Assembly: GCA_964525635.1 (NCBI GenBank)
Contig: CAZGJX010000090.1
Span: forward strand, 1 to 17,052
DNA from: an uncultured archaeon
Lineage (GTDB): Archaea > Asgardarchaeota > Lokiarchaeia > Sigyniarchaeales > SOKP01
Direction: 5' to 3'
DNA length: 17,052 nt
The first letter of the stretch is position 1; each line of letters begins with the position of its first letter. A program made the position numbers and the translations under genes. Below, one piece after another: positions 16,277 to 17,052 of the stretch. The notes under the pieces are model-generated. The model was not told the DNA's origin and searched no databases. It saw nothing but the letters and a program-made list of their open reading frames with translations.

Positions 16277-16448
16277 TTACTATCGTTGATGAACATTTTC
16301 TTTAATATATTTCTTCATAAACTTCTTTAATTTGTTCCATCTGATTATTAGAACAGGCAGGTAAATCTGAAGTCAGAACGTTCGAGGTTACTTGAGATAA
16401 TTTACTAGCTCCTGGGATAAAACAAGAAATAGTATCAAACATTAAGAG
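16277..16448 (-). pseudogene. Aldo/keto reductase C-terminal fragment (frameshifted)
   Basis: LLMFDTISCFIPGASKLSQVTSNVLTSDLPACSNNQMEQIKEVYEE, then after a frameshift YIKENVHQR*. IPGA...Q...N is the AKR NADPH-binding C-terminal motif. No N-terminal part is present. Confidence 0.75.
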
Positions 16449-16591
16449 GAGTTTGAAAATATTCCATCAAAATTATGATCCCATTCTCCCCATTGTAGGA
16501 TATTTTTTTTTATTAAATCCCTTTTGCATTTATTATATAACTTAAATATTTCTTCAAACTCATCTTTTTCTGCTAATCTGAATTTTACCAT
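16442..16591 (-). pseudogene. GNAT-family acetyltransferase N-terminal fragment (49 codons)
   Basis: MVKFRLAEKDEFEEIFKLYNKCKRDLIKKNILQWGEWDHN resembles the GNAT start (R.A...D...I..L......L...GI.QW...YP). It stops before the acetyl-CoA-binding motif A. Confidence 0.6.
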
Positions 16592-16721
16592 ATAATAATG
16601 GTCTTGAAATATCTTGGAGATATTTAGGCATGAAGGTTCATATTTTGATCGAAATAGAAGAATTCCTCATTCTTTAGATAGTAATAACATTCTTCTCTTC
16701 AAAACATTTTTTTTTAAGAAA

Positions 16722-16772
16722 TAAAAAAAGATAAGATTCGATAACAATTGCAGAACAAAGTCTTATTAATTA
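16722..16772. repeat. ~51-bp direct repeat, copy 2 (hairpin + T7 on the minus strand, downstream of the csp gene)
   Basis: taaaaaaagataagattcgataacaattgcagaacaaagtcttattaatta. The minus strand can pair AUAAGA/UCUUAU and is followed by U7. Confidence 0.9.
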
Positions 16773-16828
16773 CTACCTACTACTCATTAAATATTATTAT
16801 ATTTTATTGATTTATAACAAAAAGAATT

Positions 16829-17052
16829 CTAATATCGATAATCTCGATTTTGCGCAGGAGCGGCTTCAGTTACTACTACCTTACTCGCAGCAGGACCCTT
16901 ATCACTTTGAGTGATTTCAAATTCTACTTTATCGTTTTCGTTTAATGTAGCAAATTCATCATTCTCCTTAACAATAGCAGAGTGATGAACGAATATTTCT
17001 CCTTCTTCTTCAGTTGCAATAAATCCATAACCTTTACGGTTATTAAACCATT
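16829..17052 (-). CDS. csp: Cold-shock domain protein (CspA family), 5' end outside the window; missing from the ORF track
   Basis: WFNNRKGYGFIATEEEGEIFVHHSAIVKENDEFATLNENDKVEFEITQSDKGPAASKVVVTEAAPAQNRDYRY*. RNP1 KGYGFI and RNP2 IFVH. TAG stop at 16829-16831. Confidence 0.95.
   Translation of the reverse strand, partial: WFNNRKGYGFIATEEEGEIFVHHSAIVKENDEFATLNENDKVEFEITQSDKGPAASKVVVTEAAPAQNRDYRY

Noticed and set aside
6634-16282. Genome-wide TAG recoding suggested by three TAGs at expected sense positions (6634-6636, 13795-13797, 16280-16282)
   Set aside because: They replace three different expected residues (Gln, Tyr, Trp), each one substitution from TAG. Two lie in otherwise broken pseudogenes. 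TAG ends csp and 7TM copy B at plausible positions, and the two giant ORFs contain no internal TAG.
15399-16772. CRISPR array or SECIS element interpretation of the 52-bp repeats
   Set aside because: Only two copies 1.3 kb apart, with no spacers or cas genes. No in-frame UGA in the upstream genes and no clear AUGA/GA kink-turn core.

Overview
AT-rich window that is most likely from an Asgard archaeon (Lokiarchaeia-like). This is inferred from a tRNA with bulge-helix-bulge introns, TATA-like promoters, oligo-T terminators and 7TM-longin membrane proteins. Bases 1-14778 are a diverged tandem duplication of a two-gene divergent unit: a giant secreted gingipain-family (peptidase C25) protein on the minus strand and a 7TM + longin-like membrane protein on the plus strand. 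A decayed IS607 tnpA sits at the junction. Both proteases have a catalytically dead C25 domain, then an intact His/Cys C25 domain, five CARDB-like repeats, an Ig-like domain and a C-terminal dockerin. The larger one also has three tandem cohesin-like domains. Together these suggest a cellulosome-like, cohesin-dockerin-assembled protease complex with a paired membrane sensor. The second 7TM gene has an in-frame TAG at codon 28. To the right lie a tRNA-Leu(GAG) with two non-canonical introns (D-loop and variable arm), a small possible HTH ORF, a 4TM zinc-ribbon protein, abutting GNAT and aldo-keto reductase fragments inside a segment flanked by ~52-bp direct repeats, and the 3' part of a cold-shock protein gene. 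All domain calls are by eye from motifs; no searches were run.
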